Below, in pieces: positions 9,715 through 19,346 of a DNA stretch of 64,000 nt. The first letter of the stretch is position 1. The number at the start of each line of letters is the position of its first letter. Under the pieces are notes generated by a model, which worked only from the letters and a program-made list of their open reading frames with translations, was not told the DNA's origin and searched no databases. Position numbers and translations under genes: made by a program. The stretch spans positions 62,001 through 126,000 of the IMG/VR virus record IMGVR_UViG_3300046542_000227; one strand, 5' to 3'.

Positions 9715-11016
9715 ATGATGTCTGAAGTTAAATTGGGTCACATGGTAGCAATCGAAGGCAACAACGGTGTTGGTAAGTCGACTCAGGTCGAACTGGTCGC
9801 CGCACGTCTGCGTGCTGCTGGTCATGACGTTGTTGTGGTTCGTGAGCCCGGTGGTTCGGCTTTGGGTGAACACCTGCGTAGCGTGCTGAAAGATCAGCGC
9901 GACATCAAACTGAACAACACCACCGAACTGCTGCTGTTCGGCGCTCAGCGTGACGACATGTACCGCACCGTGGTACGTCCTGCTCTGGACGCCGGCAAAG
10001 TGGTCCTGGCTGATCGTAGCTACTTCTCCAGCTTCGCCTTCCAGGTTCACCCGTACATTGCACAGAACAACATTCTGCTGCAAGTATTCAACATGATCAC
10101 CTCCATGAGCATCCATCACCTGGGTGGTACTCCGGTGATCGTGTGCAACCTGGCCATGGACGAAGCACTGCGCCTGGAACGTCTGGCTGCGCTGCCGAAG
10201 CGTGAAGAAGACGCTTTCGAAGAACTGCCTGCCGATATCCAGAAACTGGTTGACGAAGCTTACGGCATGCTGGCACAACAGCCGGGCGTGACCACCTTCG
10301 ACGCTACCCGTGAAGTTGAAGAACTGGCTGACGCAATCTTCGATCAGATCCAGGTCAGCATGAACCAGCGCGTACAAGAAGCGGCCATCGCTGCTGAGCA
10401 GGCTGCTGCTCGTGCTGCACAAGCTGAAGTAGAAGATGTTGTTGATGGTGCTCCAGCAAACCCAGCTGCCGAAGCTGAAGCAGCCGCTGCTGATGCACCG
10501 GTTGACATTGCCGTGATCGAAGCTGAGATCAACGACAACATCACCCACCACATCACCAACCTGGTCGGCATGTTCCCAGGCGACTTCAGCGCTCACCAAG
10601 AGCAGTTCGATACTCACGTAGCTTCGCTGCGTAAGTGGGTTGCAATCCACATGGACGAGCTGCGTCTGCGTGAAGAGCCAATGTTCCCACAAGAAGCTCA
10701 ACACCGCACTCAGCAAATCGTCGGCAACATCGGCACCATGCTGGGCGGCTTCCTGACTCTGATCAACATCGGCGAGATGGTTGCCAATGCTGACAAGCTG
10801 GCTGCTGAACTGAAGGTTCGCCAAGAAGCCGAACTGAACGAAGTGGCACCTGAGCTGGTTGATGCACCTGCGGCAGAAGTGTCCGATGCTGAAGTTGCTG
10901 AGCGTCTGCGTGGTCAAACCCCACATGTAGCTCACGTTGACGAAGCTGGTTTCGTGGGTGACGAGTCCGACTCGGCGTACGCTGTTGAAGGTCGTAACGA
11001 AGCACCAGGTCAGTAA
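9715..11016 (+). CDS. tmk: Thymidylate kinase with long acidic C-terminal extension
   Basis: IEGNNGVGKST P-loop, REPGG, ELLLFGAQR, VLADRSYFSSFAFQ. Confidence 0.9.
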   Translation: MMSEVKLGHMVAIEGNNGVGKSTQVELVAARLRAAGHDVVVVREPGGSALGEHLRSVLKDQRDIKLNNTTELLLFGAQRDDMYRTVVRPALDAGKVVLADRSYFSSFAFQVHPYIAQNNILLQVFNMITSMSIHHLGGTPVIVCNLAMDEALRLERLAALPKREEDAFEELPADIQKLVDEAYGMLAQQPGVTTFDATREVEELADAIFDQIQVSMNQRVQEAAIAAEQAAARAAQAEVEDVVDGAPANPAAEAEAAAADAPVDIAVIEAEINDNITHHITNLVGMFPGDFSAHQEQFDTHVASLRKWVAIHMDELRLREEPMFPQEAQHRTQQIVGNIGTMLGGFLTLINIGEMVANADKLAAELKVRQEAELNEVAPELVDAPAAEVSDAEVAERLRGQTPHVAHVDEAGFVGDESDSAYAVEGRNEAPGQ

Positions 11017-11035
11017 AACGAAAAGAAACAGAGAT

Positions 11036-11044
11036 CTATATCAC
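11036..11044 (+). promoter_or_regulatory. Putative early promoter motif CTATATCAC
   Basis: Intergenic motif copy. Confidence 0.6.
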
Positions 11045-11128
11045 CGTACCGGTGGGTTGTACAACATTCGATGCCTGATTGTGTGCAACCACCCGTCGGT
11101 GGTATACCTTAGCCCTTAGGAGCAAAGC

Positions 11129-11701
11129 ATGAAATGGTTTTCCGCTGTTGTATTGACAGCACTCGCGTTGATGGTAAGTCCAGCTTGGGCTGGTTGTGAT
11201 CTGTCGCAGTCCGGTGTACCCATTGCAATACGTGGGCAACTGGAAACTCAATGCCTTCAAGCTGAAGCGAAGGTCAAAGAGCAAGCCCAGATCACTGACA
11301 CACAGAAACTCTCGGCTTATGCTGATGTAGCTACCCAACTGGCTAAGGCCGTGGGTATCGCAGCTAAAGAGCTGGGTGTGGCTGTCAACGAGTTCATCCT
11401 GACTCCAGCGGGTATCCTGACCATCGCTGTGATCCTGGTTAAGGTGTTCGGTAAACTGGCTAGCCTCATTATCGTGGCGTTCCTGCTGAACCTGATCTCG
11501 TTCAAACTGATGAAGTTACTGTGGCGTCGTGATACTGACCGCACTGTCGAAACCACTGGCTGGTTCGGTTTCTTCAAGCGCACCATCCCTGTACGTGAAA
11601 CCGTCACCTACCGTGAAGCATCGGAAGGTCAAGTGTTCTGTACTGGCTTGCTGGTCATCATCTGCTTCGGTTCCCTGATCGCTGTGCCAATCTTCAGCTA
11701 A
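11129..11701 (+). CDS. Membrane protein with signal peptide
   Basis: AGGAG RBS; signal peptide ending PAWA; 2-3 hydrophobic helices. Confidence 0.75.
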   Translation: MKWFSAVVLTALALMVSPAWAGCDLSQSGVPIAIRGQLETQCLQAEAKVKEQAQITDTQKLSAYADVATQLAKAVGIAAKELGVAVNEFILTPAGILTIAVILVKVFGKLASLIIVAFLLNLISFKLMKLLWRRDTDRTVETTGWFGFFKRTIPVRETVTYREASEGQVFCTGLLVIICFGSLIAVPIFS

Positions 11702-11793
11702 GTTCTACTTGGCGGGTATTGGTATGTGAAATCCCCTGTGCCTTGGTTCCCTACCTTAATGGTCGTGAGCAAAAAACGTGCAAGGCACGGACG

Positions 11794-11827
11794 GACATAA
11801 CCCCCGCCTTCGGGCGGGGTTTTATGC
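11794..11827 (+). terminator. Intrinsic terminator with CATAA/TTATG flanks
   Basis: ccccgcc-ttcg-ggcgggg hairpin plus ttttatg. Confidence 0.8.
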
Positions 11828-11861
11828 TGTCCATCTGAATATCTCCTGTGAGGAATAACCC

Positions 11862-12431
11862 ATGCAAGGTAACATCGAAATCGTAAACCTGAAGCAACCA
11901 GTTCGTGTAGCTACCGATGCAGAGGTCGATGCATTGCTGCGTGATCAGCCTGCACCGGATCTGATCAAACGTCGTGACCACAGCACCGCTGCGATCATGG
12001 CCCACATCGAGGCCAACCGTCTGGCCGATGGTACCTTCGCTGTGTACGACCACCAGGGCATCTACACCAAGTGGTGCCGTCACATCCGTAACACGATCGT
12101 GCCGGATGTCGATTCCAAGGTTTACGACATCCAAGTCAAGGATGCTTTCGTTTACCAAGGTCGCAATGCGGCTGGTCCATACGAGCGTGTGGTATTCCGT
12201 ACTGCATCGCGCTACGGCTTCGGCAAGGTTCTGTTCCTGGAACGCATGGGTTTCGAAGAAGACGCACCAGTCCGTTTGGCCTGTGCTGAAGGTTGGGCGA
12301 ACTTGCCTCCACTGGCTGCTGATGCTGAGGTTCCGGTGGTGATGCCGATGCTCAATGGCGTGCACACGCCAGTCTACACTGAGCCATCGAACATCGCCGC
12401 TATCCATGCTGGCGCTAACTCACTGTTGTAA
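11862..12431 (+). CDS. Hypothetical protein
   Basis: GAGGA RBS, 189 aa. Confidence 0.7.
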   Translation: MQGNIEIVNLKQPVRVATDAEVDALLRDQPAPDLIKRRDHSTAAIMAHIEANRLADGTFAVYDHQGIYTKWCRHIRNTIVPDVDSKVYDIQVKDAFVYQGRNAAGPYERVVFRTASRYGFGKVLFLERMGFEEDAPVRLACAEGWANLPPLAADAEVPVVMPMLNGVHTPVYTEPSNIAAIHAGANSLL

Positions 12432-12441
12432 GGACTGAACC

Positions 12442-12852
12442 ATGGATATGCCAACGATCCATCAATGGGATAACCCTGAGTACTACAAGCAAGTCATGCC
12501 GGCTGAACTGGCACAGTCTCATGTGTGGCAATTGGTGTACGGTGAATTCCGTGCACCTAAGTACATGGCCGTGATGCGTGAGTTCATGCGCACCTTCGAC
12601 TGGGACAATGTGAAGGAGTCCGATATTTCGAAGGCGGTGCAGCTGTTGTCGGTTTGGTCAAAGATCCCAAGCACGCGTATGCTCGAATGGCCAACCATGA
12701 ACGAAGCCCTGTACCGCTTCGCCGCACGGCTGACCAATAAGCACTTCGAACTGGTCAAGCAATATATGGCCGTGCACACCATCGACTGGATCGACAACGA
12801 AACCGTCTGGTATGCATTGGTTGAGGAACCATATGCAGCTCTTCAATTATAG
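12442..12852 (+). CDS. Hypothetical protein
   Basis: AAGGA RBS, 136 aa. Confidence 0.7.
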   Translation: MDMPTIHQWDNPEYYKQVMPAELAQSHVWQLVYGEFRAPKYMAVMREFMRTFDWDNVKESDISKAVQLLSVWSKIPSTRMLEWPTMNEALYRFAARLTNKHFELVKQYMAVHTIDWIDNETVWYALVEEPYAALQL

Positions 12853-12860
12853 AGGTGGTT

Positions 12861-13028
12861 ATGGTTCCGCGTTTTGATCTGTCGAAGCGTCGTCTGGCAA
12901 CACTGGAAGAGAAGATCGATAACCGGGCGAAGAGCCTGGAAATGGTTCGTCGCTTCAATGCGGCTCAGCGTAAGCTGGAACGCATCTGTAAAGAAAAAGG
13001 AATACCGGTGCCAGTAATGGTTTGCTAG
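12861..13028 (+). CDS. Small basic protein (55 aa), absent from the ORF track
   Basis: GAGGTGG RBS; MVPRFDLSKRRLATLEEK...PVMVC. Confidence 0.6.
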   Translation: MVPRFDLSKRRLATLEEKIDNRAKSLEMVRRFNAAQRKLERICKEKGIPVPVMVC

Positions 13029-13109
13029 TACCCTGCATCTAACATAATCACCATTCATCATTAGGAAGCCTGTCAGCTAGTGCTCAGTAAGTCGGAAGCT
13101 ACCGACCCT

Positions 13110-13183
13110 TAGCATGTAGCTCAGTTGGATAGAGCATCAGCATTTGACGCTGGATGTCGCGGGTTCGAATCCCGCCATGCTAT
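13110..13183 (+). tRNA. tRNA with UUG anticodon (Gln), atypical
   Basis: Acceptor tagcatg/catgcta, D arm gctc/gagc, anticodon loop atTTGac, T arm gcggg-ttcgaat-cccgc; no encoded CCA. Confidence 0.8.
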
Positions 13184-13203
13184 CTACTGACATGGTGAAA
13201 TGA

Positions 13204-13668
13204 ATGTTGAATGAAATTGCTGTACGTACACTGCCTGCTGCTAATCGGGTTATCCGTTCGATAGAACTGAAAGAGGTTTCCGTTAACTCTAAAGAGATAA
13301 CGTGGCGGTCTCCTGATCAGCGGCAAGCGTTGGTGATTGTGTTAGAATCTGGATGGTCTTTGGTGCTGGTGGATGCGTGCGGGCAGTGCTGCTGCGAAGA
13401 ACGCTACATGAGCACTGAAGATGATCTGGAATCCCTGGTGGGTGAAACACTGATGGGCATCCGTCACGGCGGCACTTCTGAAAAGGAGGCTGACTATGGT
13501 GTGGTTGAGGCAGAGTTTGTGCACATCCAAACCGATCGTGACTCCGTTTGTATCGGGACGTACAATGAGAACAATGGCTACTACGGTGGCTTAGACCTTG
13601 TTGTGACGATACTCGATCCAGAGGGTAATGTGGTTGTTTATCAGAAGAGCTTAACCGGGGAGGATTAA
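13204..13668 (+). CDS. Hypothetical phage protein (NGYYGG motif)
   Basis: 154-aa ORF; CCCE and NENNGYYGG motifs. Confidence 0.65.
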   Translation: MLNEIAVRTLPAANRVIRSIELKEVSVNSKEITWRSPDQRQALVIVLESGWSLVLVDACGQCCCEERYMSTEDDLESLVGETLMGIRHGGTSEKEADYGVVEAEFVHIQTDRDSVCIGTYNENNGYYGGLDLVVTILDPEGNVVVYQKSLTGED

Positions 13669-13729
13669 GTCGGGGGACTTCGGTCCCCCTGCTATTCCGC
13701 CTATCCCTTTTATTTTTTGTAGGATACTT

Positions 13730-14293
13730 ATGGAAACTGTCAACCGCTTCAAAGAGAAACAAGAGATCGATGAAGCCACTAAAGCCCAAGTCGATCTGGC
13801 TGGGTTCTTCGGTTCACTGGTCGGCGATCCAACAGAGCCACCACTCTGGATGTTGGTTACAGCCCTGCAATCGGAGCTGGCTAAGACCGAGCACCGTAAG
13901 CAGCATCTGGGTTACATCGTCAACGTCTCTAAAGAAGAGAACTCGGTGGCTGTGTTGTGGCAATCCCAAGTACGCGGTGCTCCACAAACCTTCCTGTCGG
14001 TTCAAGCGACCAAGCGCGACATCCCTGTCCTGCATGAGATCATTCCGTCTGAGATCCTTGACGAATACCTCGCGATGATCCAGGACATCAACAGCAACGA
14101 TACGGGTGTTGCTAGTGGTCTGGTGCAGATGGCTATCGATGGTTTCAAAGAACATCTGGTGACTTGCTTGGATGGTGATCCTGAGCAGAACCACTACTTG
14201 CTCCAGGCTTACACCAAAGACCGCAAGTGGCTCTTGGACATCCAAGTCTACTACGACGTAATCCAAGACGACCTTCAGCACCAAAGCCAGTAA
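13730..14293 (+). CDS. Hypothetical protein
   Basis: AGGA RBS, 187 aa. Confidence 0.7.
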   Translation: METVNRFKEKQEIDEATKAQVDLAGFFGSLVGDPTEPPLWMLVTALQSELAKTEHRKQHLGYIVNVSKEENSVAVLWQSQVRGAPQTFLSVQATKRDIPVLHEIIPSEILDEYLAMIQDINSNDTGVASGLVQMAIDGFKEHLVTCLDGDPEQNHYLLQAYTKDRKWLLDIQVYYDVIQDDLQHQSQ

Positions 14294-14379
14294 ACACTGG
14301 GGGTCTTCGGACCTCCACTTCTTTTATGCCACCCTGGGTATTCAATGGTTTGTGTATGCAATTAATTCAGGGACCGGTT

Positions 14380-15105
14380 ATGTTAGAAGCCATGTTGTTA
14401 ACAAAGAAGGAGGTACCTATACCTCCTACTGGGGCAACCTTTCTATGGGATCCGGTGCTCCAACAGGATCTTTATGGTAGTGGTGCCACGATCGCTTATA
14501 TTGGTGGCGGTACGGCCAACACAGATTATCTCATCGACGGTCAGGGTACTTTTAACCTCCCTACTACATCTTCAGGGTTTACCATTACATTGGCCAGCCC
14601 GTTGGACTTATCCGGTGGCGACTGGACCGTTGAATGGTCAACGCTCAACACGGTCAACAATGGTAACTACGGTACGGATATAGCGATTGATTCGGGATTC
14701 CCAGGGTCGGCTAAAGGCGTCCAAGCACGCTGGAGCGATACAGGTTTTGGTAACCGAGTACAGTTCTCCACCATCTTTCAACAGGTAACAGATTGCTGGA
14801 ATGCCTCCTTGACGAAGGTAACTTCGTTGAACACACTGCAACGTTTCGCAATGGTGTGCAAGAATGGGCAAGTCAGTGTGTTTATAAATGGTGTGAAGCA
14901 AATGTTGGCGAATGGAACCGGTGGTACCTATACGGCGGCATCATTCGCAGCTGCGCCAGCGAACTTGAAAGATCTCAAGTCCATCAAGATTGGTTGGCAG
15001 AATAGTACGGTTCAAGCGATGATCAGTCGTCATGGTCGTATCCGGATTACCCAGAGTGCACTGTATACCACCGACTACACGCCCGGTCCATTAGAGATGG
15101 TGTAA
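14380..15105 (+). CDS. Putative virion protein with ConA/LamG-like lectin fold
   Basis: MLEAMLL start; DWTVEW, FAMV.KNGQVSVFING and IRITQSALYT motifs; upstream TATG. Confidence 0.6.
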   Translation: MLEAMLLTKKEVPIPPTGATFLWDPVLQQDLYGSGATIAYIGGGTANTDYLIDGQGTFNLPTTSSGFTITLASPLDLSGGDWTVEWSTLNTVNNGNYGTDIAIDSGFPGSAKGVQARWSDTGFGNRVQFSTIFQQVTDCWNASLTKVTSLNTLQRFAMVCKNGQVSVFINGVKQMLANGTGGTYTAASFAAAPANLKDLKSIKIGWQNSTVQAMISRHGRIRITQSALYTTDYTPGPLEMV

Positions 15106-15149
15106 AGTTCTACGCCATGAGTAATACTATACGGACATAGCGCCGTAGT

Positions 15150-15234
15150 GGGTAGGTTCCCGAGCGGCCAAAGGGATCAGACTGTAAATCTGACGTCTAC
15201 GACTTCGAAGGTTCGAATCCTTCTCTGCCCACCA
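15150..15234 (+). tRNA. tRNA-Tyr (GTA)
   Basis: Canonical type II cloverleaf, loop ctGTAaa, ends ACCA. Confidence 0.95.
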
Positions 15235-15235
15235 T

Positions 15236-15311
15236 TCCAGCATAGCTCAGTCGGTAGAGCAGCAGACTGTTAATCTGTTGGTCCCTGGTTCGAATCCAGG
15301 TGCTGGAGCCA
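15236..15311 (+). tRNA. tRNA-Asn (GTT)
   Basis: tccagca/tgctgga acceptor, loop ctGTTaa, ends GCCA. Confidence 0.95.
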
Positions 15312-15359
15312 TTTCCATCATTATAGACTGCAGGCTTCGGTCTGCGGTTTATTCCCTAC

Positions 15360-15436
15360 GCCGGCTAACTTGGTAACGTCGCAATGCGCAAGGGGGCGAC
15401 GCCCTAACAGTGGTGTGAACCCACATAGCCGGCACC
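15360..15436 (+). ncRNA. tRNA-like element
   Basis: gccggcta/tagccggc stem plus ACC, cgtcgc/gcgacg arm, gtgg-TGTGAAC-ccac T-like arm. Confidence 0.5.
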
Positions 15437-15510
15437 TATTCGTAACGGCATAAGCATATCGCCAGGGGTAACCCTGGCTTTATGTCATCTTTCACTATAA
15501 AGGAAACACC

Positions 15511-15849
15511 ATGACGCTTCGTGTTAAGACTGTGGTCCTCATGGCTACGCACAGTAAAGGACATACTCGCTATCGTCGTACTCGTACGCGAATCGTGTCT
15601 GCGGGGATTACAACCAAGCAGGTGCGTAACGATGACTTCTCGATTGACCTGCATGTGGATATCCAGTCCCGTCAGTTCACCGGAAAGATTCAAGGTCGTA
15701 TGGATCGGGCCACAGGTGACGTCAAGTTCGAAATCTTGGAACAGGCTGCCACCAGCTACCTGAAGAAGCATCACTTCAAGATCATCGGCTACACCCTCGA
15801 AGCCCGGATGATCAACACCAACCCGCGTGGCAATGGGAAAGCAGCATGA
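15511..15849 (+). CDS. Hypothetical basic protein
   Basis: AAGGA RBS. Confidence 0.65.
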   Translation: MTLRVKTVVLMATHSKGHTRYRRTRTRIVSAGITTKQVRNDDFSIDLHVDIQSRQFTGKIQGRMDRATGDVKFEILEQAATSYLKKHHFKIIGYTLEARMINTNPRGNGKAA

Positions 15850-16148
15850 ACGACAATCCATTTAAAACCTACTCGTGCCGGTTTGAGTTCACCCATGACT
15901 TTACGGCATTTATCATCGCTGCCGATAAACAAGGGGTGCAGATCAACACCAGTGAACTCCATCACCGTAAGCATGAGGGTGATAAGTACCCTGCTCCTGA
16001 CGTCTATGTCGAGTTCAAGGCTGAGGTGTCGTTGGAGACACTGCAGGCTGTTTTGAGGCAAGGTACGGATCTGCATGTGGGCCTTCAGACACTCAGGCCT
16101 GTATCCCTCGAAGACAATTCTTTGGAACGTGATTACAGCCTCATTTGA
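15846..16148 (+). CDS. Hypothetical protein
   Basis: ATGA overlap with upstream gene. Confidence 0.65.
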   Translation: MNDNPFKTYSCRFEFTHDFTAFIIAADKQGVQINTSELHHRKHEGDKYPAPDVYVEFKAEVSLETLQAVLRQGTDLHVGLQTLRPVSLEDNSLERDYSLI

Positions 16149-16169
16149 GCAACCCAAGGAAGTGTAATA

Positions 16170-16364
16170 ATGTTTGAAGAGTGGATGCGCAAGTACCGGG
16201 AAGAACAAACTGGGGAAGACAAGCTCCGTGAGCTCTGTGGTCCTCAATGGGGTGGTGCCTTTAAAGGTCAGATGAAGTCTGACCATGGCGAACGTACTAA
16301 CCCTAAACTCAACGACCAACCGTTCTACTATCGCGCTAGCAACAAGAAGATGAAGCGCTTCTAA
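16170..16364 (+). CDS. Small hypothetical protein
   Basis: AAGGAAG RBS. Confidence 0.6.
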   Translation: MFEEWMRKYREEQTGEDKLRELCGPQWGGAFKGQMKSDHGERTNPKLNDQPFYYRASNKKMKRF

Positions 16365-16385
16365 TATCTACTTAAGGGGAATACC

Positions 16386-16817
16386 ATGGCTAAGACTACA
16401 CCAGTACAGTACAACGTTCAATTCAACAAGCTCCAAGGTGAGGTTGCTCTGGAACTCAAAGCCACCCTGATCGAAATTGATCTGGAAGGTAAGGATGCTC
16501 GTCCTTTCTTCCACATCGAACGTAAGGGTAATCGCTGGTTGCTGATGCATGGTGGTGGCGCCTTGGGTTCGACGTTCCCTAATGCGATCGATCTGGAGAT
16601 CATCCGGATGGCTGACGATCGCTGGCTGCGTAACATGGCAACCAAGAAGGACTATCCAATCAAAGGTCTGACTAAACTCAATGTCAAACCACCCCTGTTC
16701 CACTTCGACGCCATTGGTGAGCCCAGTGAAGACAGTTGGCGCATGACGTTCTCTGATGGCATGTTCGACACTACAGCAGTGCTGACCTCTATTTCTTTCA
16801 GTCGTTGTGCTGGCTAA
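16386..16817 (+). CDS. Hypothetical protein
   Basis: GGGGA RBS. Confidence 0.7.
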   Translation: MAKTTPVQYNVQFNKLQGEVALELKATLIEIDLEGKDARPFFHIERKGNRWLLMHGGGALGSTFPNAIDLEIIRMADDRWLRNMATKKDYPIKGLTKLNVKPPLFHFDAIGEPSEDSWRMTFSDGMFDTTAVLTSISFSRCAG

Positions 16818-16829
16818 GAAAGAAACTAC

Positions 16830-17303
16830 CGGTGTGTCCCTCATATGCGGGTATAGCCTTTGGGGGCGTCTTCGTCGGTGTCCACACTCTCGGAGGCTGT
16901 ACTCGCTCTCTACTTAAACGGAATTTCAAGAGCCAAGCATCCCGCTTGGATTATGTCCGTCCAGGAGTTTTCGTGTTAGATCGACTCGACCTTGATGACG
17001 CTGAAATCCAACGCCTTGGGACTATCCAACGGCGATCCATAACGGAACCTACGATCCTCTGGTACACACCGCACCAGACACCTAAAGACAAACAGGGTAA
17101 TAGTCAATTATGCAAAACACCCAAAGCTTCGAACTGCCGAAGAAACAACGGGCATTGAGTTCCTCTGCCCCTCTCCAGTTCAAATATCACTGGCGTAAAG
17201 TCAGACTAATCGTCCCTGGCCCACAGGAGAAGTCTGCCGCCTAACCGAGTGCGTACCGAACTTTACGGTGGGGAGCCGTTCCCCCAGCCCCACCGTCTTT
17301 TTT
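16830..17303 (+). ncRNA. Candidate large structured ncRNA (about 470 nt) ending in a terminator
   Basis: Multiple helices with G-U pairs on + strand, possible pseudoknot 16830-37/17064-71, terminator 17265-17303; no credible ORF. Confidence 0.6.
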
Positions 17304-17384
17304 GATTGCACATAAACTGAAACCTATATAGCCTTAGTGAATTGAGAGCATAAAGCTCCGAACCCTCCTTTTAAGGAAGAAGCA

Positions 17385-17846
17385 ATGTTTAATACAAAAG
17401 GCAACACTTGGGTAATTCCTGATCTAGGGCTACTGGACATTCCGGATCACTTGATTCGTATGCGTGATGCGTGGGCTATCGAAACCGATGTGGATACTTG
17501 GTGGGCATGGCGTGACGCGGATCACGGTTGGAACTACATGGACTCGCTGAAACAAGCAGCCGTGTTCGCTGTAACTATCGGCAGCCTTGAAACTGAAGAG
17601 GCCCGTGAGTACAACAAGCTCTATCGCAACGATCGCCTAACGCCTACTGGGGTGATCGGTGTGTTCTTCCGTTCGGGTCTGCGTCAAGCATACCACGTCA
17701 TCCTAGACGGTAAGGTTACGATCTTCCCGTATAACGATGGCAAAGGCTTCTGTAAGGCCGCTGCGGCGTCGGTAAAGCTTATGTCCGATAAGACTAAGGC
17801 TTTCATCAAGCGCGTCGAGGCTGACGCTACACTGCGTCTACCATAA
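17385..17846 (+). CDS. Hypothetical protein
   Basis: AAGGA RBS; downstream of CTATATAGC promoter variant (17324). Confidence 0.7.
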   Translation: MFNTKGNTWVIPDLGLLDIPDHLIRMRDAWAIETDVDTWWAWRDADHGWNYMDSLKQAAVFAVTIGSLETEEAREYNKLYRNDRLTPTGVIGVFFRSGLRQAYHVILDGKVTIFPYNDGKGFCKAAAASVKLMSDKTKAFIKRVEADATLRLP

Positions 17847-17898
17847 TGAAATACTGTCCCTCCCTATTGGGAGGGACTTATGCCCTGACCTTAGGAGA

Positions 17899-18084
17899 AT
17901 GCTTGTGCGGGTAGTGATTGGATTTTTTGAATTGGTTGGGGTGATTGTTGTAGTAGGTGGCCTACTGTGGTGGTGGATTAAGTCGAAGCTTGCTGCACGT
18001 CGTGAGCGTCGTCTTAAAGAACAGTTGGATCTCGCACGACAAGCGCAGGGTCCTACGGGTATGGCGGGTCGGGCAGGTAAATAA
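17899..18084 (+). CDS. Small membrane protein
   Basis: AGGAG RBS; N-terminal TM helix. Confidence 0.6.
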   Translation: MLVRVVIGFFELVGVIVVVGGLLWWWIKSKLAARRERRLKEQLDLARQAQGPTGMAGRAGK

Positions 18085-18172
18085 GCAAAGGGTCCTTCGG
18101 GACCCTTATGCTGTCTTTTATTTTTTACTTAGAATGTTAAGCTATGTGTAATCTTACATCTAAGGAACCAGC

Positions 18173-18604
18173 ATGAACTGCTTCATCGATTGTGAATTCA
18201 ATGGTGGTCATGGTGAGTTGATCTCCATGGCTATTATCAGCCAAGACGGTCAGCGTGTGTTCTATGAAGTCGTTGAACATACCCAACCTACTGTAGAGTG
18301 GGTTGCTGAGAACGTTATGCCCATCCTGAACAAAGCGCCGGTATCGATGGCAGTGTTCAAGGAACGGCTGAAGAAGTTCTTGGATGCCTTCCCTCGCCTG
18401 ACTCTGATCGCCGACCACATGGCCGATCTGTTCTACTTTGCCCAGAAAGTAATCGGGGCTGAAGGCTGGATGATGATGGACTACCCAGTCGATCTGCGGT
18501 TCGATCCGTTCATCTCTGCGAAAAAATCCACACAGAAACACAATGCTTTAGAAGACGCCAAAGCGGTGCGACTCTCCTGGCTCCAAACTAACGGTTTCAT
18601 TTAA
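18173..18604 (+). CDS. DEDDh 3'-5' exonuclease family protein
   Basis: FIDCEF, ELISMAI and HNALEDA motifs. Confidence 0.8.
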   Translation: MNCFIDCEFNGGHGELISMAIISQDGQRVFYEVVEHTQPTVEWVAENVMPILNKAPVSMAVFKERLKKFLDAFPRLTLIADHMADLFYFAQKVIGAEGWMMMDYPVDLRFDPFISAKKSTQKHNALEDAKAVRLSWLQTNGFI

Positions 18605-18630
18605 CTTTCGAACTCAAGGAATAGATCCTC

Positions 18631-19341
18631 ATGTCTGCTACCAAGAAGAAGCCTAAAAGCGGTAACACCCAACGTGCTGCGGATATCATTCGCGAGAACC
18701 CAACCCGCCGCTCGCGCGCTGAACGGGCCCTGGTTCAACTGACTACCACCAGCTACCCGCACTACCTGATCGGTAACATCGTTGCTGGTCTGCACGCCGG
18801 TGAAGAAAACGTTTCCAAGCAGGCTCTCGACATCGAGAACAAGTTCGGCATCCTCGACTTCGTTCGTGAGCTGACCCTGACTGCTGGCGAGACCACCGTT
18901 GCTTTCGACGTTGGTACCATCCGCATCGACCAGAACACCACCCGCGTTGATAACCAACTGGCCGGTGAACTGATCAAGCACGCTACCTTCACCTCGCCAG
19001 TGGCTGGCGTTGCGAACCTCGCCAAAGACGAGACCTTCGCCCGCAATCTGATCGACGTGTTCCACCGTAACCAGGTCCGCGGCATGACCCGCGTCCACGC
19101 TATCACCAATCCACACTGGAAGCTGGTCGAGAAGCGTCTGACTACTGGCAATGACAATGGCTTCGGTGGCCTGGGTCGTAGCGAGACCGTGTTCGAGATC
19201 ACCAGCGACGACGCTGCTGCACTGATCCGCAAAACGCTCGGTGGTGCATTGTTCAGCCTGATCCTGGGTGCTGACATCATCACCATCGTGGAAGGTGAAG
19301 TCACCAAGGAAATCACCTTCGTGGTACCGCCACGTAAGTGA
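18631..19341 (+). CDS. Hypothetical protein
   Basis: 236 aa, highly biased codons. Confidence 0.75.
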   Translation: MSATKKKPKSGNTQRAADIIRENPTRRSRAERALVQLTTTSYPHYLIGNIVAGLHAGEENVSKQALDIENKFGILDFVRELTLTAGETTVAFDVGTIRIDQNTTRVDNQLAGELIKHATFTSPVAGVANLAKDETFARNLIDVFHRNQVRGMTRVHAITNPHWKLVEKRLTTGNDNGFGGLGRSETVFEITSDDAAALIRKTLGGALFSLILGADIITIVEGEVTKEITFVVPPRK

Positions 19342-19346
19342 TAGCC

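Noticed and set aside
16805-17158. 117-aa ORF
   Set aside because: TTG start, no RBS, non-phage codon usage; overlaps the structured RNA candidate
16830-17303. Possible tmRNA or RNase P RNA (also considered for 52344-52990)
   Set aside because: No tRNA-like ends (GGGG...TTCGAC / TCCACCA) and no GAGGAAAGTCC motif seen
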